A stretch of DNA of 64,000 nt. Source: Eledone cirrhosa (lineage: Eukaryota). The first letter of the stretch is position 1. Each line of letters opens with the position of its first letter. Of this stretch, positions 1-12,894 are shown in pieces. The notes beneath the pieces were generated by a model. The model saw nothing but the letters and a program-made list of their open reading frames with translations, ran no database searches and was not told where the DNA came from. A program made the position numbers and the translations under genes. The DNA lies in NCBI GenBank assembly GCA_964016885.1, contig OZ024747.1, forward strand, positions 89,466,001 to 89,530,000. The letters run 5' to 3'.

Positions 1-130
1 TGAGCAAGACACTTTATTTCATGTTGCTCCTTCTAGCGGGAGTTGCGACCGGTAGATAGTATTAGCAATTGGAAAGACTAATGGAAACAGTGTTTCCTCG
101 GTCCGATTTGACGAAAGTCAATCGACTGTC
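1..130 (+). mobile_element. 3' part of tRNA-derived SINE (family B head, same tail type as the copy at 36165-36373)
   Basis: tgagcaagacactttatttcatgttgctcc...tttcctcggtccgatttgacgaaagtc is near-identical to 36250-36373. Confidence 0.75.
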
Positions 131-210
131 GATGTGTCTGTGTGTGTGTGTATATAGATATGTGTGTAGGTATGTGTATATGTGTGTGTGTATATATATG
201 TGTGTGTGTA

Positions 211-435
211 TCCTGGGTTCGTCGGGGGTAACCACAGTAAGTAAGGTACTCAATACATGGCAGAGTATAAATATTTAATATAGAAATGGCTTCTACAGGA
301 CTAGAACTGTTTCATTCGAAGGAAATCACCAGGAAAGCTGACTGTCAATGTGATATGGTGGTATTTATACAACCTATGACCTCCATCCATTCCACCTTCC
401 CCTATCTCCAGAAAATGTATAAATACCACCATAAC
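211..435 (-). mobile_element. Penelope-like element pseudo-LTR remnant flanked by TG/TA microsatellite
   Basis: Carries a decayed minus-strand hammerhead; same family as 63253-63361; 17-bp inverted repeat atggtggtatttataca / tgtataaataccaccat. Confidence 0.55.
289..338 (-). ncRNA. Degenerate type-I hammerhead ribozyme (A6->G)
   Basis: Minus strand: gctttc CTGGTGA tttc-cttc-gaat GAA ACAG ttctagtc CTGT A gaagc. Confidence 0.55.
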
Positions 436-529
436 ATGTGTGTGTATATGTATGTGTGCTTATATATATATATATATACATACACATACACACAAATGAT
501 GGATTTTCTCATAGTTTCCATCTATGAAA

Positions 530-752
530 AAAAAAGCACTCAGTCCACACTGTAAAGTGGTTGTGTAGATGCCACGACAAAAAAGCATCCACAACACACT
601 CTAAATATTGTTGGCATAAGGAAGGGCCATAGAAATCAAGCCAAAATCAGTTCTGTGTGAGTGAAACATGGTCCTTTGACTTGATCTCTCATAAAGGGAC
701 AGCCTGTCGTACCCATGCTAGAATGGAAATGGACATTAAACGATGATGATAT
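530..752 (+). mobile_element. RTE-type 3' UTR / RTE-tailed SINE (family C) ending in (GAT)n
   Basis: ccacactgtaaagtggttgtgtag...aggaagggc...cccatgctagaatggaaatggacattaaacgatgatgat, matching the 3' UTR at 25564-25957. Confidence 0.7.
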
Positions 753-2124
753 AACTTTCCAGTCAATTAATGGTAGCATTTATTTAGGTGATATTTCTTT
801 GAAGGAGGAAAAGCAGAGACAGCCACACACACTCATACATACATACATGCATGACAGGGTTTGTACTATGTTCATCAACCAAATTCACTCACAAGTCTTT
901 GGTCAGGCCAGGGATATTGCTCAATGATTTATGGATGGTTGCAAAGTGAAATTCCTAATCTTGTTGCCATACCTACACCCATATATATATATATATATAT
1001 ATGCGGGCATCCAGCTGCAGAAATCAAGCCAGAATCAGTTCCCGTATGAGCAAGACAAGGTCAGCCGACTGGGCACTGCCCACAACAGGACAACCAGTCT
1101 AACCCATGCTAGCGTGGAAGAAGGACATAAAACGGTGATGATGATGATGATGATAATATAAGTACCTATATATATATATATTTGATCAGAAAGAGGTGAG
1201 AAAATTCTGGCTGGATATGGCCAGTTTAAATGCTAAAGTGTTAATGCTTAAATGTCACTATAACAGACATAACACCACATTTTCTTAAAAATAACAGTTC
1301 ACCAGCTTCATTTCAAATTTCACATATATTTTGTGACTGCATCTCAAAGAGCCAGTCATATTTGTAGCCTCAAAACCGTTTGGTAATGCTAAAATAAGTT
1401 AAACTGTTAATACAAATATTCCCAACATTCACATTATGTGTTGATTGCTCTTCTCTTTTATTTATACCGAAGCTAATATATGAATTCATACATACTTCCA
1501 GTTATTTTGCCATGGAAGATATCAAATAAAGGTTTTATTTAGATATTTTATCATATTTATTATAACACATACACAGCTACTTTTCCCCTTGTCTGTTTAA
1601 CTAACTTTTCTTGCGTCTTCCCACTCTCTCTCTCTCCCTCCTCCCCCTCTCTTCACACTCACACATAAACCATGTCATTCAGTATTGCAGCTACTGTGGT
1701 GTTTTAATTTTGGAATACTCAATATTAAATGTTAAAAAAAAAAATATGATTGAAGACGATTTGTTTATACTTTTAAAATGTTCTTCAATGAAATTTTAGT
1801 CAGATGTAGTTTTTATTTGTCACTTGCAATCGTGCCTTTACATGTGATCAGACAATGAATAACTAACTAGATGATAAAATATTCACTCACAGTAGACTTT
1901 GTTCAGCCACTGTAAAATTTGCTCTGAAGTAACTACATTGTAGGCTATGTTCAGGCAATGTAAACTATGTTAACTCTGGTAACAGTAAAATTTGATCATT
2001 TACTGGATACTGTTGGAAACTGTATCACATCACCGTAAGCTAGACACCTTCAAATAGACCAGTATATATTCAATGTAAACTGGGATCATATACTGTAGAC
2101 CATGTTCAGCCACTGTGAACTGTG

Positions 2125-2272
2125 ATTAGTCATAATGAATTGTGATGTATCATTATAAATTGTGATATATCATAATGAATTGTGATGTATCATTATAAAT
2201 TGAGATGTATCCTTATAAATTATGATGTGTCATTATAAATTGTAATGTGTCCTTATAAATTATGATGCATCA
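2125..2272. repeat. ~20-bp minisatellite (cattataaattgtgatgtat)n
   Basis: About 7 visible tandem units. Confidence 0.8.
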
Positions 2273-2649
2273 TAATTGTTTCTACTTTTGGCACAAGGCC
2301 AGCAATTACCCAGTGTATTACTGGTACTTTATTTTATCAACCCCGTAAGGATGAAAGGCAAAGTTAACCTCGGCGGTGATGTGTCATTATAAATTATGAC
2401 ATATCATAACAAATTGAGATCTACTGGTAGGTAAACTACTCCCACTAATATTTTCTCACAGAAGACATTTCAAGAGTGTTTAGGTATTCTGCTATATGTG
2501 TTTAGAACAAGAGAAGACTCTAATATTCAGACAATGTTCTATAATGGGCAGCATGTTACCAGATAAATTCGATATTATAGACAGGGTGCATCTGAAACAA
2601 TGTTTATTTATCATCATCTTCATTATCTCCACTTCTTAATGAACTAATT

Positions 2650-3302
2650 TATATATACATACATGCATACACACACACATTCAAACATACACACATGTAC
2701 ATACATGCATGCATATATACATACACACACATACCTACATAAACACACACACATGCATACATACATGCATTCATACATATACACATTCAGACATACACAC
2801 ACACACACCGACATATATACATACATAAACACATACCCACATATATACATACATACATTTAATATGTCAAAACTTTCTGTTCCTACTTACCAAGAATTGA
2901 ACTTAGAAACTTTCTGTCAACAATCATCTGAAGTTAATCAACTTATACACATACACACACATACATACAGACACACATACACCCCCAATACAAAAACATA
3001 CATACACATACACACAAACACATGTGCACCTACATACATACACACACACATACAAACATACATACATACACACACACATACACCTCCAACACAAAAACAT
3101 ACATACACATACACACACACATACCCCCACCCCCACACACAAACACATGTGCACCTACATACATACACACACACATACAAACATACATACATACACACAC
3201 ACATACATACATACACACACAAGCACATACATACACACATACCCTCCCACCACACACAAAATCATGCATACACATACACACACACACACAACCCAAACAC
3301 AC
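2650..3302. repeat. Compound (CA)/(TACA) microsatellite with internal ~120-bp duplication
   Basis: Low-complexity CA/TA; aaacacatgtgcacctacatac occurs twice. Confidence 0.9.
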
Positions 3303-3586
3303 TTGTATTATTGTTTCTTACATAGTTTGTAATTAACCTGCCACAGTTAAAACAATCAAATGAAATAAATAAAAAATAAAGAAGCCCAGTCATTATTTAG
3401 ATAATATTTAATGAAACATTAAACACTATCTTGTTATAGTGGTGCTTTGACTGGGAGGAGGCTGGAGCAGGAGGAGGTTGGTTAGTGTTACATATAGATA
3501 GACAGACAGACAGACAGATAGATAGATAGATAGTGGAGGCTGGAGCAGGAGGAGGTTGGTTAGTATTACAGACAGACAGACAGATA

Positions 3587-4453
3587 AATTTCTTTATTAG
3601 CCACAAGGGCACAAAAGAAGGGGACAAATACAAATGGGGAGTTTACATACAGGTATATGAAAATAAAACTATTAATAAAATAACAAATAACAATTGAAAT
3701 CCCCAATAGGGGGGAGGCGTTACACAAGGGTTGTACACACCCCGAAAAAATGTACAACCCTCATCTCCAGGAGTGCCAAGAGTGAGTACTCCCTTCCTCT
3801 CTTCCTCTTTTTCCTCAACCTACAGGCTTACATAGAGAGAAGGCCCAACCACTCGGGTCATCTTTGCCACATTCACCCACCTTTTATAAAATTTGCTGGG
3901 GTACATCACCTCTCTCTCCATCCTGATTCTTCTTCCAAAATGATATTTGAAAAAACGAATCAGTTGCTTGCCGGAGAGAAAGGTGTCTGACCTCAGCCCT
4001 TTTAACCTCGTCCACCATATAACCTCTTTCACCATAGCCATAACATATAGGAAAACAGCCTCTCCCTCGTTTTTGAAGGAGGGTGGCGGTTTGATCATGA
4101 CAATGGACTCGGTGGTCAACTGGATTGGTCCCACTCGCGACAATAGTCGTTCTACATAGCCCCACAGGTCGGTAACACTCGGGCAGTGTACAAATGCGTG
4201 CGCGATGGTTTCCTCGTCGCGCACGCATCTCGGACAGATCTTTTTCGTATGGGTCCCTGCCTGGGCACCCGTGTCTGTAGAGCTTGTCTCGAACTGGTAG
4301 AGCTCCTCGGTAGCACTGCCAGGCCAGGGACTTTTGGAAGTTGTTCATTGGTTTCGGGCGGAAGGTCCTACCGAACAGACTGGCCAGTTTGTCCTCCTCT
4401 ACGCCTAGAGTTTCTGCGAGCGTGTCGTTGCACTTGCTGTGGACCAACCCTCT
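3587..4453 (-). mobile_element. 5'-truncated Tx1/L1-clade LINE 3' end (zinc-knuckle C-terminus, frameshifted)
   Basis: Translation LAWQCYRGALPVRDKLYRHG..CPRC..ETIAHAFVHC..KEVIWWTR, split over two ORFs by a frameshift; AATAAA then (TATC/TGTC)n at the 3' end. Confidence 0.85.
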
Positions 4454-4502
4454 AGACAGATAGATAGATAGATAGACAGACAGATAGACAGATAGATAGA
4501 TA

Positions 4503-5464
4503 TCTTTCTTTATTTGCCACAGGGGCGTACAAAAATGGGACATTACAAGACGTGACGGCGGGGGTTTTACATAAAAATAACTTTAACATTAATAAATAAC
4601 AATAAACTATATATAATAAAATAACAATTGAAATCCCCAGTAGGGGGGAACGTTACCGCAGGGTTGTTTTACACCCCGTGGATAGAACAACCCTCAACAC
4701 CAGGAACACGTTTTGTAGGTGTTCCTGTCTTCCCTCTGTTTATCTTCCTCAACCTACAGGTTTATATACAGAGAAGGCCCATTCACCCGGGCCATTTTTG
4801 CCACATTCACCCACCTTTCAGCGAATTTACTGGGGTGTAGCACCTCTCTCTCCACTCTCACCTTCCTTCTTAAGTGATACTTAAAGAAGGGGATAAGTTG
4901 TTGTCCGGAAAGAAAGGTGTTTGCCCTCAGCCCTTTTAACCTCGTCCACCATATTACCTCTTTCGCCATAGCCACCAGACAGAGGAAAACCGCCTCTCCT
5001 TCTTTCTTAAATGAAGGCGGCGGGGTGATCCTCATGATGGACTCGGCTGACAACTGGATGTGTCCCACACGTGACAGGAGCTGTTCAACATAATTCCACA
5101 GGTCGGTCACCCCTGGGCACTGAACAATTGCGTGCAGAACGGTTTTGATGTCCTGCTCACATCTTGGACAGGTCCTTTTGGCAGGATCTCTGCCAGGGCG
5201 TCCGTGCCTGTAGATTTTGTCTCGAACTGGTAGAGCTCCTCGGTAGCACTGCCAGGCCAGAGACCTCTGGAAGTTATCCATAGGCCCTGGATGGAAAGTC
5301 CTCCCGAACAGACTGGTCAGTTCGTCCTCCTCGATGCCTAGAGTTTCCCCGAGAACGCCATCGCACTTATCCTCCACTAATCCCCTATAGAATGTCGAAG
5401 TAGAGTCTCTGCCGATTGCTGTTTCCGCTTGGTAGAGGGCTGTGAGCGCCTGTAGGCACTCGAG
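4503..5464 (-). mobile_element. Second 5'-truncated Tx1/L1-clade LINE 3' end, diverged subfamily
   Basis: ORF 4754-5377 with CPRC..TVLHAIVQC..KEVIWWTR, homologous to the first copy; same aataaagaaa 3' terminus into (TATC)n. Confidence 0.85.
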
Positions 5465-5819
5465 GACAGATAGATAGACGGATAGACAGATATATAGATA
5501 GATAGTGGAGGCTGGAGCAGGAGGAGGCTGGTTAGTGTTACATATAGATAGACAGACAGACAGACGGATAGACAGATAGATAGATAGATAGATAGTTAGA
5601 CAGATAGATAGTGGAGGCTGGAGCAGGAGGAGTTTGGTTAGTGTTACATATAGACAGACAGATAGACAGACAGACAGATGATAGTGGAGGAGATGAGGTG
5701 GAGGAGGATGATGTAGAGGGGGAGGTTTGGTTATTGTTACAAATAGTTAGACAGACAGACAGAGAAATAGTGGGGGATGAGGGGATGAGGGAGAAAGGGT
5801 GGAGTATGATGTGAGTATA

Positions 5820-5854
<35 letters not shown>

Positions 5855-5855
5855 T

Positions 5856-5890
<35 letters not shown>

Positions 5891-5900
5891 GGGATAGATA
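5465..5900. repeat. Composite repeat gtggaggctggagcaggaggaggttggttagtgttaca + (GAYA)n, then (GA)-rich tract
   Basis: Same unit also at 3452-3586, on the other side of the two LINEs. Confidence 0.8.
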
Positions 5901-6129
5901 AATAGAGAGAGGTAGAGAGAAAGGGTTGAGAGAGAAGGTGTGTGTAAAGTGGGAGGAAAAGGAGGAGGTAGAAATGTACTAATAAGTGGATTAAATCAGA
6001 AAGATTTCAGAAGAATTGACAGAAAAATGATATTAATAGAGGAATGGAGGGGGGGGGGAGAATAAACGATTGATAAAGAGCAGGGGGAGATATGGTAGGA
6101 ATGAGAGAGAGAGTGGAGAGAGGGAGGGA

Positions 6130-6271
6130 GAGATGAGAAATACTGGGTGGGAGAGAGAGAGACAGAGAGAGATGAGAAATACTGGGTGGGAGAGAGAGAG
6201 ACAGAGAGAGATGAGAGTGAGAGATGAGAGATGAGAAATACTGGGTGGAATTGAGGGAGAAATAGACAGAG

Positions 6272-6349
<78 letters not shown>

Positions 6350-6366
6350 GGTGGAAATGAGGAATA

Positions 6367-6401
<35 letters not shown>

Positions 6402-6418
6402 GGTGGAAATGAGGAATA

Positions 6419-6453
<35 letters not shown>

Positions 6454-6470
6454 GGTGGAAATGAGGAATA

Positions 6471-6511
<41 letters not shown>

Positions 6512-6528
6512 GGTGGAAATGAGGAAGA

Positions 6529-6567
<39 letters not shown>

Positions 6568-6584
6568 GGTGGAAATGAGGAATA

Positions 6585-6619
<35 letters not shown>

Positions 6620-6645
6620 GGTGGAAATGAGGAAGAACCAGACAG
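6130..6645. repeat. Minisatellite ctgggtggaaatgaggaataacca + (GA)n
   Basis: Six clear units plus degenerate upstream units. Confidence 0.9.
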
Positions 6646-6796
6646 AGTTGAGAGAAAGAAGTTAAGTAGCTGACTGGTTGATAAATTAATGAAGTGTAGA
6701 ATATATGGAGAGAAAGAGAAAGAGAGACAGACAGAGGAAGAGGGGGAAAGGTGAGAGAGGAAGAGGGGGAAAGGTGAGAGAGGAAGAGGGGGAAAG

Positions 6797-6949
6797 GTAT
6801 ATATATTCATTTATATATATATGTGTGTGTGTATATATTCATTTATATATATATGTGTGTGTGTGTGTATGTGTGTATATTCATTTTTATATATATATGT
6901 GTGTGTATATTCATTTATATATATATATATGTGTGTGTATATTCATTTT

Positions 6950-6984
<35 letters not shown>

Positions 6985-7141
6985 ATGTGTGTATATTCAT
7001 TTTTATATATATATGTATGTGTGTGTGTGTGTGTGTATATTTATTTTTATATATATATGTGTGTGTATATTCATTTATATATATATATATGTGTGTGTAT
7101 ATTCATTTTTATATATATATATATATATGCGTGTGTGTGTG

Positions 7142-7198
<57 letters not shown>

Positions 7199-7237
7199 TA
7201 TATGAATGTATGTATACACACTCTCTCACACACACAC

Positions 7238-7269
<32 letters not shown>

Positions 7270-8520
7270 CATTACATAGTTATTACATCCTATAAATATA
7301 GCAGCCACCAGCTTTAATTGAATATAGGCACACACATACACGTGTACATGCACATATACCCACACACGCGCACACACATACATGCACATAGACATACACA
7401 CATGCATGCACACATACATGCTTAACGCAGTCACAGACACATATGGACAAACACACAGACAGACATACATACACACAAACACAGAGACAGACATACACAC
7501 AGACAGACGAACACACACATACACAGGCAGACAGACACACAGACATACATACACAGACAGACACACATACATACACACACAGAGTTGCAGACAGACACAC
7601 ACATACATACACAGACAGACAGACAGACACACATACATACACAGACAGACGGACAGACAGACAGACACACATACATACACACACAGAGTTGCAGACAGAC
7701 ACACACATACATACAGACAGACACACATACATACACACACAGAGTTGCAGACAGACACACACATACATACACAGACAGACAGACAGACACACATACATAC
7801 ACACACAGAGTTGCAGACAGACACACACATACATACGCACAGAGTTGCAGACAGACACACACATACATACACAGACAGACAGACAGACACACATACATAC
7901 ACAGACAGACGGACAGACAGACAGACACACATACATACACACACAGAGTTGCAGACAGACACACACATACATACGCACAGAGTTGCAGACAGACACACAC
8001 ATACATACACAGACAGACAGACACACATACATACATACACAGACAGACGGACAGACAGACAGACACACATACATACACACACAGAGTTACAGACAGACAC
8101 ACACATACATACGCACAGAGTTGCAGACAGACACACACATACATACACAGACAGACAGACACACATACATACACACACAGAGTTGCAGACAGACACACAC
8201 ATACAGACAGACAGACACACATACATACACAGACAGACGGACAGACAGACAGACACATATACATACACACACAGAGTTACAGACAGACACACACATACAT
8301 ACGCACAGAGTTGCAGACAGACACACACATACATACACAGACAGACAGACAGACTCACATACATACATACTGAGTTGGAGGCAGACACACATACATACAC
8401 ACAGACAGACATACACAGATACATACACACACACACATACATACATACACACACACAGACATACATACACACAGACAGACACACACATACACAGACAGAC
8501 ATACATACACACACAGACAA
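6797..8520. repeat. (TA)/(TG) microsatellite followed by cacagagttgcagacagac-based minisatellite
   Basis: Repetition is directly visible and explains all long H/T/Y/C/V ORFs here. Confidence 0.95.
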
Positions 8521-8699
8521 CTAAATCAAAGAACAAAAGACAAATTTCATTCTCATATTTTTAATGAAGAATTTTTCCATTTTCTACTCCCAGCTTGGAC
8601 ATTTTATTTCAGATGTAGTAACTAATTAATTTCAACTTTGTCTGCCTGACATTTTGAAGAATAAAAATGATCAATTTTTAATAACAACAACTGCATCAA

Positions 8700-8703
8700 A
8701 TAA

Positions 8704-8753
<50 letters not shown>

Positions 8754-9035
8754 TAATAATAATAATAAAAATAACAAGAAGAAGAAAAAGAAGAAATAAT
8801 AATAATAAAAATTATTATTAAGACAATGATGATGATGATGATGATGATGATAACATCACCACCAACAATAACGATGATGATAATAGTAATAATTGTAATA
8901 ATATTTATGACGTTGATGATGATGATGATGATGATGATAATGATGATAATGATGATGATGATGATGATGATGATAATGATGATATTAGTAGTAGTAATAA
9001 TAATTATGATGATGATGATTATGAAGAATAATGAT
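8700..9035. repeat. (AAT)n/(GAT)n trinucleotide microsatellite
   Basis: Directly visible. Confidence 0.95.
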
Positions 9036-9289
9036 AAAACTATAAATGGGTGCATTGTTTTGTAATTGTATGAATTTAGGACTTAATTAGAGTTAAGTGC
9101 ATAAAATCAAATATTTGGGTGAGGTGTTCTGCATTATGCTTCATCAAATGTTCAATCTAAAGTTTGTTGATTTCTGAAGTCAAAATCTTGGTTCAAATAG
9201 ACTTTCATCATGGTTTAATTGCTTGGTAATTATTTTCTGATTTGGAACATTATACATTTTGTGTAATATCCCTTCATTATCATAATATG

Positions 9290-10030
9290 GGGCTGTAAAT
9301 TGGCAGAATCGGTAGAGTGTCATACACCATGCTTTGTGGCATCGATTTATGGCCCTTTACATTCTGAGTTCAAATCGTGCTGAGGTTAACTTTGTCTTTC
9401 ATCCTCAGGGAGAGGAGGGGAGGGGGGTTTAATAAAATAAAGTACCAGTAACAAACTGATGTCGATTTAATCGACTTTCCCATCATCGTCATCATTGGTT
9501 AATGTCCATTACCAAGGTGGCCTTGTGCCTAAATAAAAATCATCATAATAAGACATCTCACACAAATTCTGCATACTTCCTTCATAAATACCTGTCTAAT
9601 TAGTATTGAGAGTATTGAGTCCCAAAATATTAGCAGAGAGGAACAAGATCACAGAGAAGCCTCTACAGTGCATTCTACATGTGAGTATTTTGTATAATAT
9701 CCCTTCATTATTATAGATTGGCAGTTCAAATCCCACCAAGGTTAACTTTGCCTTTCATCCTTACGGGGTTGATAAAATAAAGTACCAGTAATGCACTGGG
9801 TATTTTGCTGGCCTTGTGCCTAACGTAGAAACAATTATTATAGATTGGCAGTATCGGTAGAGGGTCGGACGCCATGCTTTGATGCATAGAGTTATGGCCC
9901 TTGCCATTCTGAGTTCAAATCCTGCCGAGGTTAACTTTGCCTTTCATCCTTACGTGGTCGATAAAATAAAGTACCAGTAATGTACTGAGGTAATTGCTGG
10001 CCCTGTGCCAATAGTAGAAACAATTATTAT
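9290..10030 (+). mobile_element. Three copies of SINE family A (~190 bp; gagttcaaatcccgccgaggttaactttgcctttcatccttacggggtcgataaaataaagtaccag)
   Basis: High-copy in the window; A-box-like tggcagtatcgg and B-box-like gagttcaaatcc; (ATT)n tail. Confidence 0.85.
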
Positions 10031-10109
10031 AATAAGGTATCTCACACAAACTCTGCATACTTCCTTCATAAATACACCTGTTTAATTAATATTTAGAGTA
10101 TTGAGTCCA

Positions 10110-10445
10110 TAATGTGCGTAACTCGGAGACCAGAGGGTCACTTCAGGTAGAGCCGCCATTTCTCTGAATTGAGAGATCACAGCTACGATACTATGGGCAT
10201 GTGGTTAGGATATCTCAGGAAAGAATTGCTAGACAGATTTTATAAGCAAAACCAACTGGCAAGAGACCCAGGGTCAGACCCCGAGCAAGATGGTTGGATA
10301 ATATCCACGAGCTCGCTTGGTCTTGCTTGGAAATCCAGTCATATCAATTGGAGAGAGTTGCTTCTGATAGGACCTGCTGGAAGATGAATTTGATGACTCT
10401 TCCTCCATGACCCTCCAAGAAATAAGTGAGGAAAGAGGAGAAAGT
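10110..10445 (+). mobile_element. RTE-clade (Expander/Rex3-like) LINE 3' end, decayed
   Basis: Translation IERSQLRYYGHVVR..KPTGKRPRVRPRARWLDNIHELAW..DRTCW with stops. Confidence 0.8.
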
Positions 10446-10719
10446 CTTTTGATATAAGTAACAATTGTCATTAGACCTTTTGATATCAAACCACTTGAAA
10501 CTGGTCCTGTTTCTACAATATAAAATTAATATAAAAGTGTTTAAAAAACCTTCTATCATAATCTTATCTAGGAACCTTTGCTATGTTATGTCCCAAATAC
10601 CAACTTAATAATAAGAAAGTTAGTTATATTATTACTAAATCCTATCAAATTCTTGATTGTTTTCAAAATTATTTGTAAATCATAGGCATGCATACATGCA
10701 TGCCCTCATGCACTGCAGG

Positions 10720-10972
10720 CAGTGTGTTGAGCCAGTGTGCATCCCCGTTTCATGGTGTGAAGTGACAGAATACAAGACTTGCCCCTGGACAGGACATCAG
10801 TCCATTGCAGGGCTAACCACCCCCCAGCTATTGTTGGTACTCATTTTCAGCTGAGTATACTGGTGCAATGTGAAATGAAGTGTTTTGCTCAAGAACACAA
10901 CATGCAACCCAACCCAGGAATCAAAGCCATGACATTATGATCATAAATTCAACACCCTTACCACTAGGTCAC
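10720..10972 (-). mobile_element. tRNA-derived SINE family B
   Basis: gtgttttgctcaagaacacaac...aacacccttaccactagg; homologous to 17581-17857 and 31509-31783. Confidence 0.75.
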
Positions 10973-11199
10973 AAAATATTAGACTGTGCTATTTCATTAG
11001 AAATATGGTAGTGAAAGGATTAATTAGATTTCAAGAGTGACAAGTGATAGTTCACAGTTATTTTAGTAAACAAAGAATATATAATCTAGTTATGTTATTA
11101 TATTATCAAATAAAAATCATCATTATCAATTAACATCCATTTAAATCTATGTAAAATTTCTGTTGAATCTTTCCAGATAAATAGTTAATATTTCATACG

Positions 11200-11350
11200 A
11201 GCAGGCATGGTTGTGTGATTAAAGAGTTCACTATGCAACTTTGTGCTTCAGAGTTCAGTTTCACTGTGTGCCACCTTGGGCATGTGTCTCCTATTATAGC
11301 TTAGGGCTGACCAACACCTTTTGAGTAAAATTTGGTAGATAAAAACTATT
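11200..11350 (+). mobile_element. tRNA-derived SINE (octopus-type head gcaggcatggttgtgtg...caccttgggca)
   Basis: tRNA-like head and ccttgggcatgtgtct core; family recognised from memory only. Confidence 0.55.
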
Positions 11351-12686
11351 ATGCAGTGGCCCACCTCGTGTGCTTGTGTGCGTGTAGGTGAAATGGCAAA
11401 GTCGTTAAGACGTCGGATGGAATACTTTATGGTATTCATCCCACCTCATTGCACACTCTGAGTTCAAATCCCGCCATGGTCAACGTTGCCTTTCATCCTT
11501 TCATCCTGGTCTTCCTCAAACAACCTTGTTCAGACTTGTGGCTTGGAGGGGAACTTTCTAGATGCGAATCCCATGGTCATTTCTGATCAAAGGGGGTCTT
11601 TACCCTGTGAGTATTTGAGTGTATTTTTGCGTCCATGGCTATTTGTTTTGAATTTTTTGTTTATGGCTTGTAACTTAGTGTTTTGACAAATAAAGCTTGA
11701 TAGACTAAGTACCAAGTTTGAAAACAGGTACTGAGCTCGATAGGTTTAACTATAATCCCTTCAAGATGGTCTCTGTCTAATGACAAAAACCTGTACTGGA
11801 ATGAAAGAAAACAAAGAATGTCTTCCGTCATTAAATATTAGGGGTGAAACCTAAGCTTATAAGAACTTGTGCAAAAACAGAATATATTGAGAAAAATAAT
11901 TATTGCTGTTACCATTATTATTATCATCATTTGAACATGGTGGGTTAGCAGAACCCTCTAAAGAGTTGGAGAGAATGCTTAACAGTATTTGTTCCAGCAC
12001 TTTACATCCAAATCCTGCCAAGGTTAATCTCTGTCTTTCATCTTACTGACGTTGATTCAGTAAAGTAGCAGACAAGTACTGGAGTCAATGTAATCAACAG
12101 TTACCCTCTACTCAAATTACTTTCCTTGTGACTAACAAATCATTATCATTATCATCATTTAATTTTACAAAATCATTAGTATGCAGCATATTAAATCATT
12201 GCTTTGGTCTAAGGCTTAAATGCTATTTGTTTTTTCTGTAAAGCCTTTTTTTTTAGAGACTTCATCAACAGATCATTTCAGTTTTTAAAGTGGGTGAAAT
12301 TTTCACTTGCGTTATATAATAAAAGATTTCACATTCCTTACAGTATACTAAACATAATTTAGTTTTTACATCTTAACCAAATAACAAACAACTTTGTTGA
12401 TATTTTTATGATTTAAACTACTTTAAAGTGGTTGCCACTTTCTCTCTGCCTCATGAAATGTATACAGATGAATCAACCAATAGAATTTCAACATTCGTGA
12501 GAAGTGGGCGACTGGGTCATTTAAAATTCCTTTAAAGAACTGCGCTAGAAAAAGATGACTGGAAAACTAAAAAAAATTATGGGCCAGTGCAGAAAATTCT
12601 GCAAAGAATTTAATTTTAATTTTTGTTTTCGTAGTCATTTAATCTCTTGTTCAAACCTATTTCAAACAAACGTTTTACCATATTAA

Positions 12687-12894
12687 CCCTTTAGCATTTA
12701 CATTACCCTATATTTATTATTATATTTTCATGGTAAAGGCTTTACCTCTCATAATATTGAAACTATGAGATTTTGATATTATTTATTTTGAGAACAATAC
12801 CTTAACATCAGTATGAGTGGCTGGTTACAACCAGTTTGAACAGAAAGAGATGAGATAATCCTCGCTGGATATGGTCAGTTTAAATGCTAAAGGG
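12687..12894. mobile_element. piggyBac-like MITE (family D)
   Basis: TIR ccctttagcattta / taaatgctaaaggg with TTAA on both sides; further copies near 13186, 14585, 16487, 35874, 36443, 46626, 54489, 60920. Confidence 0.85.

Noticed and set aside
2644-8564. Long ORFs of 200-480 aa rich in H/T/Y/C/V or E/R
   Set aside because: They are translations of CA/TA/GA microsatellites, open in several frames on both strands; the same applies near 33 kb and 41-42 kb.
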